Assembly: GCA_052387215.1 (NCBI GenBank)
Contig: JBQTJK010000040.1
Span: 2,530 to 66,529, forward strand
Length of the DNA: 64,000 nucleotides
Reading direction: 5' to 3'
Origin: Caulobacteraceae bacterium
GTDB taxonomy: Bacteria > Pseudomonadota > Alphaproteobacteria > Caulobacterales > Aquidulcibacteraceae
The notes below the pieces were generated by a model. The model did not search any database and had not been told where the DNA came from. It saw only the letters and a list, made by a program, of their open reading frames with translations. Each line of letters opens with the position of its first letter. Position 1 is the first letter of the stretch. The position numbers and the translations under genes are program-made. Shown here in pieces: positions 52,780 to 62,670 of the stretch.

Positions 52780-53592
52780 TCAGGGGAGCTTGCACGGCCA
52801 ATTATGTCCGAGGGGCTGATGGCCCTGCCCCAGTCCCGGCGCGTTGCGAATTGCTTCCATCAGATACGCGCGCGCCTTTTCCACCGACGCCTCCAGCGGT
52901 TCGCCCAGCGCATTGTACGCCGCGATGGCGGAAGCGAGCGTGCAGCCGGTGCCATGCGTGGCGCGCGTGTCGATGCGCGGGCTTTCGAACACGCGATAGC
53001 CTTCGCGCGTGAGCAACACGTCGCGGATCGCATCGCCTGCGATGTGGCCGCCTTTCACCAACGCCGAAAATGCGCCGAGCTGTTCGACCAGGATCTCCGC
53101 GGCGCTGATCTGGCCGTCGAGATCGCGCACGTCGACGCCGGTCAGCGCCTCCGCTTCCGGCGCATTCGGCGTGACAATGGCCGCGATCGGCATCAGCTCG
53201 TCGCGGATTACGGCGACGGCGTCCGCCGCCAGCAACGACGCGCCGCCTTTGGCGATCATCACCGGATCGAGCACCACGGGCGCGCCGGCGCCGACGGCGT
53301 ACCACGCTTCCATCGCCGCGCGCACGTGCTCGGCGGAGCCGAGCATGCCGAGCTTCCAGGTGTCGGCGCCGAGATCGCCCATCACCGCTTCGATCTGTTC
53401 GCGCACGATCGCCGGGGGGATGGCGTGAACATTGGAGACGCCCAGCGTATTCTGCACGGTCACGGCCGTGATCGCCGTCATGGCGTAGCCGCCGAGCGCG
53501 GTGATCGTCTTGATGTCGGCCTGGATGCCTGCGCCGCCGCCGGAATCCGAACCGGCGACGATGAGGACGCGGCCTTTGGGTCGTTCGCTCAT
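52780..53592 (-). CDS. thiD: Hydroxymethylpyrimidine/phosphomethylpyrimidine kinase
   Basis: IVAGSDSGGGAGIQADIKT, VLDPVM, TPNAPEA, VKGGH, THGTGCT. Confidence 0.96.
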   Translation of the reverse strand: MSERPKGRVLIVAGSDSGGGAGIQADIKTITALGGYAMTAITAVTVQNTLGVSNVHAIPPAIVREQIEAVMGDLGADTWKLGMLGSAEHVRAAMEAWYAVGAGAPVVLDPVMIAKGGASLLAADAVAVIRDELMPIAAIVTPNAPEAEALTGVDVRDLDGQISAAEILVEQLGAFSALVKGGHIAGDAIRDVLLTREGYRVFESPRIDTRATHGTGCTLASAIAAYNALGEPLEASVEKARAYLMEAIRNAPGLGQGHQPLGHNWPCKLP

Positions 53593-53606
53593 ACGATCGA
53601 CATAGG

Positions 53607-54431
53607 CTAGCCTAACGTCGCCCGCCACACTTTCAGCGCTTGCACCGTCTCGGCGACGTCGTGCACGCGCACCATCGACGCGCCGTTTTGGGCGGCAATC
53701 AGCGCCGCGGCGACGGAGCCGCCGAGACGATCCCTGCCGGCGTTCTTGGCGCGATCGTCGATGGCGACGATGAAGCGCTTGCGCGAAGCGCCGATGCTGA
53801 CGGGCCTTCCCGTCTCGTCGGCGATGCGGCGAACATTATTCAGCAGCGCCAAGTTGTGCTCCAGCGTCTTGCCGAAGCCTATGCCGGGATCGACCCAAAT
53901 GTCCTCGATCCCTTTCGCCTCGACCGCCGCCACACGTGCGCGCAGAAAAGCGATCACCTCCGCGACTACGTCGTCATAGCGCGGATCGTTCTGCATGGTG
54001 CGCGGCTCGCCCTGCATGTGCATAAGGACAACGGGCCGATGCAGCGCTGCGGCGGTCTCGAGCGCGCCCGGCGATTGCAGCGCCGCCACGTCGTTCCACA
54101 TCGCAGCGCCCGCGGACATCGCGGCGCGCGCCACGGCAGGCTTCGTCGTGTCTATTGAGATCGGCGCCTTAGTCGCCGCACGTAGTGTCGCGATCACCGG
54201 CACGACGCGGGCGATCTCCTCGCCTTCGTCCACTGGCGCCGCGCCGGGGCGGGTGGACTCGCCGCCGAGGTCGATGATGTCCGCCCCGGCTTCCAGCATC
54301 GCCAGCGCGTGCGGCGCCGCCGCGCCCTCATGCACGCCGCCGTCAGAGAAAGAATCCGGCGTGACGTTCAGCACGCCCATGACGTACGGGCCGCCCGTGA
54401 TCTTTGGCGGCGGAAGAGTGAATTGGCTCAT
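53607..54431 (-). CDS. folP: Dihydropteroate synthase
   Basis: MGVLNVTPDSFSDGG, GGESTRPG, ISIDT, DPGIGFGK, GASRKRF, VRVHDV. Confidence 0.97.
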   Translation of the reverse strand: MSQFTLPPPKITGGPYVMGVLNVTPDSFSDGGVHEGAAAPHALAMLEAGADIIDLGGESTRPGAAPVDEGEEIARVVPVIATLRAATKAPISIDTTKPAVARAAMSAGAAMWNDVAALQSPGALETAAALHRPVVLMHMQGEPRTMQNDPRYDDVVAEVIAFLRARVAAVEAKGIEDIWVDPGIGFGKTLEHNLALLNNVRRIADETGRPVSIGASRKRFIVAIDDRAKNAGRDRLGGSVAAALIAAQNGASMVRVHDVAETVQALKVWRATLG

Positions 54432-54581
54432 GGCGGCGCGCATGGCAGGGCGTTAGGCTCCACGCAAGCTTGACGCGCAGCAGCCGGCGCGCGCACTTGT
54501 CGCGTTCGCGCAGCGCGATGCGCGACATCGCCGCATCGCGCAACGTGAACCACCGCGTTTGTAGGGCAATTACGCAAAAGC

Positions 54582-55055
54582 ATGGACCCGTGGCGCGTGA
54601 GACTAGAGCCCGTGATCACACCGGTTTTCCGTACCTGGTGGCGATTCAGCCGCGCGGCCACGCTTGGCGTGCGCGGCGTCGCCTGCGACGAGGCGGGACG
54701 CGTGCTGCTGGTGCGTCATACCTACCTCGCCGGCTGGCATTTGCCCGGCGGCGGCGTCGAACGCGGCGAGACCGCGCCCTTTGCGATCGCCCGCGAGATG
54801 GCCGAGGAGGCTGGCGTCGAGGCGATCGGTCCGCCCACCATCATCGCGCTCTATTCCAATCACGCCAATTTCGCCGGCGACCACATCGCGCTCTACCGAC
54901 TCGGCGCGTGGAAGGCGTGCACGCCGCGGGTCGGCGACGAGATCGCCGAGCGTGGTTTCTTCGATCCCGCCGCGCCGCCGGAAGGGACCACGAAGGCGAC
55001 GCTCCGCCGGTTCGGCGAACTGTTCGGCGGCGCGCCAATCAGCGCCATTTGGTAG
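54582..55055 (+). CDS. NUDIX hydrolase
   Basis: Nudix box GWHLPGGGVERGETAPFAIAREMAEEAG. Confidence 0.9.
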   Translation: MDPWRVRLEPVITPVFRTWWRFSRAATLGVRGVACDEAGRVLLVRHTYLAGWHLPGGGVERGETAPFAIAREMAEEAGVEAIGPPTIIALYSNHANFAGDHIALYRLGAWKACTPRVGDEIAERGFFDPAAPPEGTTKATLRRFGELFGGAPISAIW

Positions 55056-55121
55056 GCGCGCTTGCCCGGCCTTTGACCCCTCCCTATGTTGCGCCCCGCA
55101 CCGACGAGGGCGCGTAGGCTT

Positions 55122-55787
55122 ATGATGAAATGTGACGCGGCCTGGCTTGGCGAGACGCTGATGCGACTCGATCCGCAGGACATTTCGCCAGCACTCAATC
55201 TCGGCTCCTCGACCAAGCAATACCGGGAAAAAGAACAGCCCTACGTCAACGAGCTGGTGTTCGAGCCGCTTGAGAAACGCGGCGTCAAAGTGATCCACAC
55301 CGATCTCAAGGCGGCCGAAGGCGTCGACATCGCCGGCGACATCTTCAACGACAAGGACCTCGCCCGCATCCGCGCCACCAACCCGAGATCGGTGATCTGC
55401 ACGCACATGTACGAACACGTGTTGGATCGCGACGAGCTCACCCGCCGTATCCTGGCAATGATTCCCGAAGGCGGGATGTTTTTCATCACGGCGCCGTCGA
55501 GCTACCACCAGCACAACGACCCGATCGACACCATGTTTCGTCCCTCGCCAGACGAGCTAGCGGATTTGTTCAAGGGACAGGAAATCCTCGATAAGCAGGA
55601 GCTGATCGGCGAAACTTATTGGGTGCACATCAAGAAGCGACCAGTGACGCTCTTCTTCCGCCATTTCCTGCGCTTCTGGTTTCCGTTCTTGGGCTGGAGA
55701 CAGTGGAAGCGCTCGATGCGCAAACTTTATTGGCTCTTCAATCACTATAAGGTCTCGGCCATAGCCGGGCGCAAGGTCACGGCCTGA
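55122..55787 (+). CDS. Class I SAM-dependent methyltransferase-like protein
   Basis: LNLGSS, HTDLK..GVD..GD, ICTHMYEHV, ITAPSSYHQH.DPIDT..RPSP. Confidence 0.6.
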   Translation: MMKCDAAWLGETLMRLDPQDISPALNLGSSTKQYREKEQPYVNELVFEPLEKRGVKVIHTDLKAAEGVDIAGDIFNDKDLARIRATNPRSVICTHMYEHVLDRDELTRRILAMIPEGGMFFITAPSSYHQHNDPIDTMFRPSPDELADLFKGQEILDKQELIGETYWVHIKKRPVTLFFRHFLRFWFPFLGWRQWKRSMRKLYWLFNHYKVSAIAGRKVTA

Positions 55788-55807
55788 TCTCGAGCGCATG
55801 ACAAAGC

Positions 55808-55846
55808 GGGGGCCGCGCTCCATGCGGAACGCGGCCCTCTTTTTTT
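55808..55846 (+). terminator. Intrinsic terminator
   Basis: GGGGGCCGCG..CGCGGCCCTC stem followed by a T7 run; between convergent genes. Confidence 0.75.
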
Positions 55847-55861
55847 CCTCAGCTCAGCGCC

Positions 55862-56767
55862 TTACTGCGCGTAGAGTTCGGACACGTTCAATGTCGAGGG
55901 CTGCATCGCGCCCTCAGAGAAAGTGCCGACCCAGATGTCGTATTGGCCCGACGGCGGATTGGCGAAGGTGACAGCCGGATTGAGGCCGTTGTTGCCGCCG
56001 TCATCGTCGCAAACCCAATTGCCGCTCGTGTCATTGATCACCAGCGTGGTGTCGGCATCGGATTGCACGGAGAACACCAGCGGCAAGGCTCCGCTGCCCG
56101 CCGTCCAGTTCACCCGATAGTCAGGCGCGCGCGATACCCAGCCGACGCAGCCCGGAATCGCATAGGCGTTGTAGTCGCCGCCAGCGGAGACGCTCACCGT
56201 GTGCGGATCGGGCTGGAAGCCAGAGACCAGGTCGATCGTGCCGTAGTTCGGGTTCAGCGTGAAATCCGGCAGATCGGTTGGAAGCTCGTTCGCCGGGCCG
56301 CCGATCTCGGAGATGATCAGTTGCGCCGGAACAAGGTCGCCCGTGCCGAAGCGGCCGACCCAAATCTGATAGCGGCCGCTACGCGGATTGTCCCAGCTGA
56401 TCACTGGATTGAGATCGTCGCCGCTGTCGTCGTCGCACATATACTGGCGGTTCGGGCCGCGAACCACGAGCGTGGTGTCTGCGTCGGCGACGACGCCGAC
56501 ATATAAAGGCAAATCACCGGCGCGATAGTTGAGCGTGAAACTCGGGCGTTCGGCGATGAATCCAGCGCACCGGTCGCTCACTGTCGACACATCGATCGGG
56601 CCGCCCGCGTTCACAGACGTCGTGTGTGGGTCGGGCGTGAAGCCCGAGCGAAGACTCACTTGTCCGAATGTGCCTAGCGCGCGTGAATTGATCTGCTGCG
56701 CGTATGCGGGCGCAGCCATGAGTGTAACGACCGCCGCCGCGGCCAAAACGCGTCCGATTGATGTCAT
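55862..56767 (-). CDS. Exported protein made of two tandem PPC-like beta domains
   Basis: Signal peptide; two approx. 140-aa repeats (SGFTPDPH/SGFQPDPH, C.G.., DTTLV, CDDD, NP, SG.Y.IWVG); no protease triad seen. Confidence 0.75.
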   Translation of the reverse strand: MTSIGRVLAAAAVVTLMAAPAYAQQINSRALGTFGQVSLRSGFTPDPHTTSVNAGGPIDVSTVSDRCAGFIAERPSFTLNYRAGDLPLYVGVVADADTTLVVRGPNRQYMCDDDSGDDLNPVISWDNPRSGRYQIWVGRFGTGDLVPAQLIISEIGGPANELPTDLPDFTLNPNYGTIDLVSGFQPDPHTVSVSAGGDYNAYAIPGCVGWVSRAPDYRVNWTAGSGALPLVFSVQSDADTTLVINDTSGNWVCDDDGGNNGLNPAVTFANPPSGQYDIWVGTFSEGAMQPSTLNVSELYAQ

Positions 56768-56872
56768 TTAAGTCCCCAGTTCGAGTCTTCCTCGCGGCGC
56801 GCACTCTTCTCCCGCGCAAGCGCGAACGCAAGGCCGGACCTAGTTCAAACGAGGCTTTTTCGAGGTATTTTG

Positions 56873-58762
56873 CTACCGGCGTCCGAACAACTTTTCGATG
56901 TCGGCGAGCTTCAGTTCAACATAGGTGGGCCGACCGTGATTGCACTGGCCGGAGAACGGCGTTGCCTCCATCTGGCGGAGCAAAGAATTCATCTCATCCG
57001 CCGTGAGACGGCGGCCCGCCCGCACCGAGCCGTGGCACGCGATGGATGAGCAAACGTCCTCGAGCCGCTCCTTCAGCGCGTGAGCTTCGCCAAGCTCAGC
57101 GATATCGTCCGCCAAATCCTTGAGCATTCCTCCTGCATCGATCTGCCCCAGTAGCGCCGGCGTCTCGCGCACAAGGATGGCGCCCGGGCCGAACGGCTCG
57201 ATGACCAAGCCAAGCTGGGCGAGTTCATCGGCGCGCGCGGCGATCGCCTCGGCTTCGCTCGGATCAAGTTCGACGACTTCCGGGATCAGCAGACCCTGGC
57301 GGGGTACGCCGCCATTGGCGAGCATCTGCTTGATGCGCTCATACACCAGCCGCTCATGGGCAGCGTGCTGATCGACAATGACGATGCCGTCCTCGGTTTG
57401 CGCGACGATATAGGTTTCATGGATCTGCGCGCGTGCGGCGCCGAGGGGAAAGAATTGGGCTGTTTCGGCGTCATAGCTTTCTTCCCCCGCGTGCGGGGGA
57501 AGTGGCGAGCGCAGCGAGCCGATGGGGGCGGTATCGCCCCCCCCGTCGCCATTGGCGACACCTCCGCCGTAAACGGGGGAGGAAAATCTCGCGGTCTCCA
57601 CCCGTCCACTCGGCCTCGCGAAGTCAGGCACAAGGCTTTCCTCGGCGACACTCCAGGCGCGCAGCGCGGGCTGCGGCGTGTAGTGCGGGCGCACGGCGCC
57701 GAGTGCGCTGTGCGCCGTCGTCGTCGAGGCGCGATGACCGGCGCCGGCAAGCGCATGCGAAAGCGCGCCGACGATCAACCCACGCACCAAGGCAGCATCC
57801 CGAAACCGCACTTCCGTCTTCGCAGGATGAACGTTTACGTCGACTTCGGAGGGCGGCAGATCGAGAAAAAGCGCCGCCACGGGGTGGCGATCGCGCGCGA
57901 GCAGATCCTGATAGGCCGCGCGCACGGCGCCGACGATCAGCTTGTCTTTCACTGGGCGGCCGTTGACGAACAGATGTTGATGCTCGCGCGTGCCTCGGTT
58001 GAAGGTAGGCAGGCCGGCGAAACCTGAGAGCCGCACGGTGTCGCGTGTCTGGTCGAGGGCGATGCAGTTGGGCGCGAAGTCCGCGCCGAGTATCGCGGCT
58101 AAGCGAGCACGGCGTCCCTCGTTCTCGGGATCGGCTTCGCCGCCGAGACGCAGCGACATGCGTCCATCGTGCTCAAGCGAAAACGCCACCTCAGGCCGCG
58201 CCATCGCCAGGCGCTTCACCACTTCGCTCACCGCCATCATCTCGGCGCGCTCGGACTTCATGAATTTCAGCCGCGCGGGCGTAGCGAAGAAAAGGTCGCG
58301 CACTTCCACGCGCGTACCGCTTTCGCTCAGCGCCGCCCAGGCCGATGGCTTGGCCCCGTGCAGCGCCCCGCCTTCAAGCTCGATCGCCCAAGCGCCGTCA
58401 GCGCCACGCGCCTTCGATACAATCGCCAGCCGCGCCACCGCGCCGATCGATGGCAGCGCTTCGCCGCGGAAGCCCATGGTGTGAATATTGAGGAGATCGA
58501 CATCACCGCCCGCGCCGGCTTCGAGCTTCGATGTCGCGTGCCGCTCCACCGCGAGCGACAGCTCATCGCGCGGAATGCCCGCGCCGTCGTCCTCCACGGA
58601 GATCAGTCCTAAGCCGCCGCGTTCGATCCGCACCGCGATGCGGCGCGCGCCCGCGTCGAGCGCGTTTTCCACTAGCTCCTTCACCGCCGCCGCCGGGCGT
58701 TCGATCACCTCGCCCGCGGCGATGCGGTTCACGGCTTCTGGGGGCAGGCGGCGGATGGGCAT
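56873..58762 (-). CDS. mutL: DNA mismatch repair endonuclease MutL, with a palindromic insertion in the linker
   Basis: [49 protein letters not shown]. Confidence 0.97.
   Translation of the reverse strand: MPIRRLPPEAVNRIAAGEVIERPAAAVKELVENALDAGARRIAVRIERGGLGLISVEDDGAGIPRDELSLAVERHATSKLEAGAGGDVDLLNIHTMGFRGEALPSIGAVARLAIVSKARGADGAWAIELEGGALHGAKPSAWAALSESGTRVEVRDLFFATPARLKFMKSERAEMMAVSEVVKRLAMARPEVAFSLEHDGRMSLRLGGEADPENEGRRARLAAILGADFAPNCIALDQTRDTVRLSGFAGLPTFNRGTREHQHLFVNGRPVKDKLIVGAVRAAYQDLLARDRHPVAALFLDLPPSEVDVNVHPAKTEVRFRDAALVRGLIVGALSHALAGAGHRASTTTAHSALGAVRPHYTPQPALRAWSVAEESLVPDFARPSGRVETARFSSPVYGGGVANGDGGGDTAPIGSLRSPLPPHAGEESYDAETAQFFPLGAARAQIHETYIVAQTEDGIVIVDQHAAHERLVYERIKQMLANGGVPRQGLLIPEVVELDPSEAEAIAARADELAQLGLVIEPFGPGAILVRETPALLGQIDAGGMLKDLADDIAELGEAHALKERLEDVCSSIACHGSVRAGRRLTADEMNSLLRQMEATPFSGQCNHGRPTYVELKLADIEKLFGRR
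57478..57587. repeat. About 110-bp palindromic element inserted in frame in mutL
   Basis: Two inverted imperfect halves of C(T/C)TCCCCCG....CGG.GGA.GTG.CG..CGA.GGGGG; translates as [36 protein letters not shown]. Confidence 0.8.
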
Positions 58763-58799
58763 GACTCGGGAGCGAGCTTAGCACACGACGGTCGCCGAT

Positions 58800-58877
58800 T
58801 CGGCAGTCGGCAGATCGGCAATCGGCTGTCGGAACCTTGCGAATCCCTTTGCCGACTGCCGATTGCCGATTGCCGAT
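58800..58877. repeat. Inverted arrays of a heptamer (TCGGCA(G/A) and TGCCGA(C/T))
   Basis: About 5 TCGGCAG-like units at 58800-58835 and 4 TGCCGA(C/T) units at 58850-58877, between divergent mutL and LOG genes. Confidence 0.8.
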
Positions 58878-58891
58878 GTTATACGGATCGC

Positions 58892-59692
58892 ATGGCCGAA
58901 CCAAAAAAGCCCAACGCGGCGCAGCTCGCCTCCCCCTCGTTTCGCCTTGCGGCTTTGGATCAGCATTTCCTGCTCGGCGAATCCACGCGCGGGATACGGT
59001 TTCTGCTCGAATATGAAAAACCCGAGCAGATCCTGAAGGCGCGGCGGATCAAGTCGACGATTGTTGTGTTCGGCGGCGCACGCGTTTTGGAGAGCGGCGG
59101 CTCGGAGAGGCACATGCTCTGGTACAACGAGGCGCGCGCGTTCGGCCGCATCGCGTCCGAGCGCGGCGGCGCGATGTGCGACGACAGCGGCGACCATTGC
59201 AACGTCATCGCCACCGGCGGCGGGCCGGGCGCAATGGAAGCGGCCAATCGCGGCGCGCGCGACGTGGGCGCGCCGTCCATCGGCTTCAACATCCGCTTGC
59301 CGCACGAACAGGAGCCCAACGCGTTCACGACGCCCGAACTCACATTCAATTTCCATTATTTCGCGATGCGCAAAATGCATCTCGCCATGCGCGCCAATGC
59401 ACTTGTCGTTTTCCCCGGCGGCTTCGGCACGCTCGACGAGATGTTCGAGATTCTGACGCTGCGCCAGACCGGTAAGGCGCCGCTCATTCCAGTTGTCCTG
59501 TTTGATGAGGCCTATTGGCGTTCGATCATCAATTTCGAGAAGCTGGTGGAACACGGCGCGATCGACGCCGCCGATCTCGCGCTCTTCCGCTTCGCCGACA
59601 CGGCGGAGGCGGCTTGGGAGGCGTTGGTCGAGCAAGGACTTGGCAAAGCACACGACGACAGCGCGCCGGATGTCGTGCAAAAGGATATTTGA
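58892..59692 (+). CDS. LOG / lysine-decarboxylase-like Rossmann-fold protein
   Basis: VVFGGAR, TGGGPGAMEAANRGA, FHYFAMRKMH, FPGGFGTLDE. Confidence 0.9.
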   Translation: MAEPKKPNAAQLASPSFRLAALDQHFLLGESTRGIRFLLEYEKPEQILKARRIKSTIVVFGGARVLESGGSERHMLWYNEARAFGRIASERGGAMCDDSGDHCNVIATGGGPGAMEAANRGARDVGAPSIGFNIRLPHEQEPNAFTTPELTFNFHYFAMRKMHLAMRANALVVFPGGFGTLDEMFEILTLRQTGKAPLIPVVLFDEAYWRSIINFEKLVEHGAIDAADLALFRFADTAEAAWEALVEQGLGKAHDDSAPDVVQKDI

Positions 59693-59829
59693 CCTTGGCG
59701 GAATCGCCCTGCTCAATGTCATTCTCGCCCCTCCCTCCCGGGTGGGCCGCCGTGCATGCTCACCCGCGCAACAAGGAGCTGGAAGTGAAGCGCCGCATCA
59801 TCGAACGCGGCATTCCGGGCGTAGATTGA

Positions 59830-61320
59830 TTAGTTCGCCGCCGTGGCCTCCAGCCCCTCAGGCTGCCCCACTACCACGAACGTGTAATCGCCCGGATCGA
59901 ACAGCCGCCGGATCACGCGGTTCACGTCCGCGAGCGTCACCGCACGGATCAGACCGTTGCGGCGGTTGACGTAATCGATGTCGCGGCCGGCGGTTTGGTA
60001 GCCGTGCACCACGCCGGCGATCTTGACGTTTGAATCCAGATCGAGCGCGAACGAGCCGGTGAGATAGGTGATGGCGTCGTTCACTTCCGCCTGCGTGGCG
60101 CCGTCGCGATAGAACCGCGCCATCTCGGCGCGCGTCACCTCGATCGCCTGGCGCACGTCGCCGTTTTCGCTTTGCGCCGAGCCGCGGATGACAGCGGAGT
60201 GATCGCGCACGGATGGGCCGGTGCCGATGCCGTAGACGAGGCCGCGTTGCTCGCGCACCTGATCCATCAGCCGCGAGGAAAAACCGCCGCCGCCGAGGAT
60301 GTAGTTGGCGACCGCGAGCGGAATCCAGTCTGGATCCTCGTCCTGAATGCCCGGACCGGCGAACAGCACCAAACTCTGCGGCTGCGGCAATTCCCGCACG
60401 ATCAGCGGCGTGGGAGCGGCGAGCGTCGCTTCCGGCGGTTCGGGCGGGGGCGCGCCCCGCGACAGCGCGCCGAAGATAACGTCAATCGCGCGACCGGCGT
60501 CGGCGGCGTTGATGTCGCCGACAATGGTGATCTGCAGCGAGGCGCGGTTGAACAGCGCGGCGCGTCGTTCCTGCAGCGCCGCACGATTGATCGCCTCGAC
60601 GCTCTCGCGCGAAGTGCGTCTGGCATAGGGATGGTTGGGATAGAGCGCCTGATCGAGGGCGAGATTGGCGATGTAGCTCGGATTGGTCTCCCGCGTGCGG
60701 ATGCCGACGAGCATCTGCCTTTTGATGCGCGCCAATGGCTCGGCGTCGAAGCGCGGTTCGTGCAGCGCGAGCCGCGCCATCTCGACCGCTGCGTCGCGGT
60801 TTTCGCTGAGCGTGGTCAGGCTCATGCCGACGCCATCCCAGCCCGAGGCGAAGCCGAGCGACATATTCAAATCCTGCAGCCGCTCCTTGAACGCATTGGC
60901 GTTCATCGCGCCGGCGCCTTCGGTTAGCATGTCGGTCATCACGCCGGTTACGCCGGCGAGGCGCTCGGGCTCGATCGCCGAGCCGCCGCGCCAATAGCCG
61001 CGGAGCACGATCATCGGCACGGTGGAGTCAGAGACCAACCATGCCTCGATGCCGCGGGGCGAGACAATGCGCTCGACATCGACGGCGTTGCGCGAGGCCG
61101 CGCTTTCGGCTTGGTGCTGTTGTGCGAAAGCAGACGTCGGAACGAGTGCAGCGATGCCGAGAAACGTGAATGCTATGAGAGCCGCGACTCCCTCCCCCCT
61201 TGCGGGGCGGGGTCGGGGGTGGGGGTGACGGCGGCGCGTATGCTGGAAAGTCGTGCTAACACCCCCCTCCCCATCCCTCCCCCGCAAGGGGGGAGGGAGT
61301 CTCGTTGTCGTCCACCTCAC
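59830..61320 (-). CDS. M16 (pitrilysin/insulinase) peptidase, non-catalytic partner subunit, with a repeat inserted in its signal region
   Basis: SPRGIEAWLV, GGS..E, ILGGGGFSSRL..VREQRGLVYG; no HxxEH; GTG 61320 overlaps the upstream TGA. Confidence 0.88.
   Translation of the reverse strand: MRWTTTRLPPPLRGRDGEGGVSTTFQHTRRRHPHPRPRPARGEGVAALIAFTFLGIAALVPTSAFAQQHQAESAASRNAVDVERIVSPRGIEAWLVSDSTVPMIVLRGYWRGGSAIEPERLAGVTGVMTDMLTEGAGAMNANAFKERLQDLNMSLGFASGWDGVGMSLTTLSENRDAAVEMARLALHEPRFDAEPLARIKRQMLVGIRTRETNPSYIANLALDQALYPNHPYARRTSRESVEAINRAALQERRAALFNRASLQITIVGDINAADAGRAIDVIFGALSRGAPPPEPPEATLAAPTPLIVRELPQPQSLVLFAGPGIQDEDPDWIPLAVANYILGGGGFSSRLMDQVREQRGLVYGIGTGPSVRDHSAVIRGSAQSENGDVRQAIEVTRAEMARFYRDGATQAEVNDAITYLTGSFALDLDSNVKIAGVVHGYQTAGRDIDYVNRRNGLIRAVTLADVNRVIRRLFDPGDYTFVVVGQPEGLEATAAN
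61186..61301. repeat. 116-bp palindromic element with perfect 22-bp terminal IR, in frame in the M16 gene
   Basis: GACTCCCTCCCCCCTTGCGGGG ... CCCCGCAAGGGGGGAGGGAGTC; encodes LPPPLRGRDGEGGVSTTFQHTRRRHPHPRPRPARGEG. Confidence 0.88.
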
Positions 61321-62666
61321 TCGCCTTCCTCCGGCAACAGCCATCCGGTCACCGAGGCATCGATGGCGAGCGTTTGTCGCGACATCTCCATCACTTCCTC
61401 GCGCGTCACCGCTTCGATGTCGGTAGGCCAGTTGACGACGTCGTCGATGCTTTCGCCTTGCGCCAGCGAGGCGCCATAGATGTTGGCCAAGCTCTCCTGG
61501 CTGTCGCGCGCATAAACCGCATTGGCTGAGAGCGAGTTCTTGGCGCGGGTCAGTTCGGCCTCGGTCGGCCCGTCGCGAAGGAAAGCTGCGATCACGGCAT
61601 CCGCCGCCGCTTCCACCCGCTCGAGGCTCACGCCTTCCACCGGGGTCGCCCACACCGAAACGCTGCCGCCGCCCAGTCCCGAGGAACTCGCGCTCGCGCC
61701 CGCGCTCACGGCGATGCGCTGTTCTTCCACCAGAGCGCGATAGAGCCGGCTGGTCTCGGAGCCGCCGAGGATTTCCATCGCCACGTCGAGCGCATGCGCC
61801 TGGCGGCCGGTGTCAGTGCCGTAGCTGATGGCGCGATAGAGCCGCGAAAACGAGGGCTGACGCACTTTCTCGTCACGATGTGTCACGCGCATCGGCCCGA
61901 TGTTCGGCGGATCGGCGACCCAAATGCGCGCGGGCAAATTCCGCGTCGGCCGCAAGCGACCGTAATAGCGTTCCGCCAGCGGTCGCAGTTCGGCAGCGTC
62001 GATATCGCCGGCGACGACGAGAATGGCGTTATTCGGCGCGTACCATGTTTGGTAGAACTCAAGCGCACGGCCGCGCGGCAGATTCCGCATTTCGTGCAGC
62101 CAACCGATCACCGGCGTGCCGTAGGGATGATGCGGCCACAACATTGAGCGCATGCGCTCGCCAAGGAGCGCGCCAGGATTATTGTCGATGCGCTGGCGCC
62201 GTTCCTCGACGATCACGTCGCGCTCGGAAGAGAATGTCCCGTCCGAGAAGCGCAGATTACGCATGCGGTCGGCTTCCATGCGCATCACGAGTTCCAGCCG
62301 GTCGCGGGCGATGCGCTCGTAGTAGGCCGTGTAGTCCCAGTTTGTGAACGCGTTGTCCTCGCCGCCATTCCTGGCGATCGTGCGCGAGAACTCGCCCGGT
62401 GCGATTTCGCGCGTGCCCTTGAACATCAGGTGCTCGAAGAAGTGGGCGATGCCGGAATAGCCGCGCGGCTCGTCGGCAGCGCCGACGCGATACCAGACCA
62501 TATGCGTGACGACGGGCGCGCGCCGGTCGGTGATCACTACAACCTGCAGCCCATTGCGCAGCGTGAAGGTTTCCGGCCGCACCATCTCGCGCGCGTGCGC
62601 CGACGCCGTGAGCGCCAGCAACACCAGACATGCCGAGATGAAACGCTTGCCCACCCCGCCGATCAA
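61317..62666 (-). CDS. M16 family zinc peptidase, catalytic subunit (start may be GTG 62654)
   Basis: LRNGLQV, WYRVGAADE, GIAHFFEHLMFKGT (HxxEH), NAFT..DYTAY, ERDVIVEERR. Confidence 0.93.
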   Translation of the reverse strand: MIGGVGKRFISACLVLLALTASAHAREMVRPETFTLRNGLQVVVITDRRAPVVTHMVWYRVGAADEPRGYSGIAHFFEHLMFKGTREIAPGEFSRTIARNGGEDNAFTNWDYTAYYERIARDRLELVMRMEADRMRNLRFSDGTFSSERDVIVEERRQRIDNNPGALLGERMRSMLWPHHPYGTPVIGWLHEMRNLPRGRALEFYQTWYAPNNAILVVAGDIDAAELRPLAERYYGRLRPTRNLPARIWVADPPNIGPMRVTHRDEKVRQPSFSRLYRAISYGTDTGRQAHALDVAMEILGGSETSRLYRALVEEQRIAVSAGASASSSGLGGGSVSVWATPVEGVSLERVEAAADAVIAAFLRDGPTEAELTRAKNSLSANAVYARDSQESLANIYGASLAQGESIDDVVNWPTDIEAVTREEVMEMSRQTLAIDASVTGWLLPEEGE

Positions 62667-62670
62667 TGCA

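Noticed and set aside
52780-54470. TPP riboswitch for thiD
   Set aside because: thiD follows folP with a 14-nt gap and no CTGAGA-containing aptamer was seen upstream of either gene
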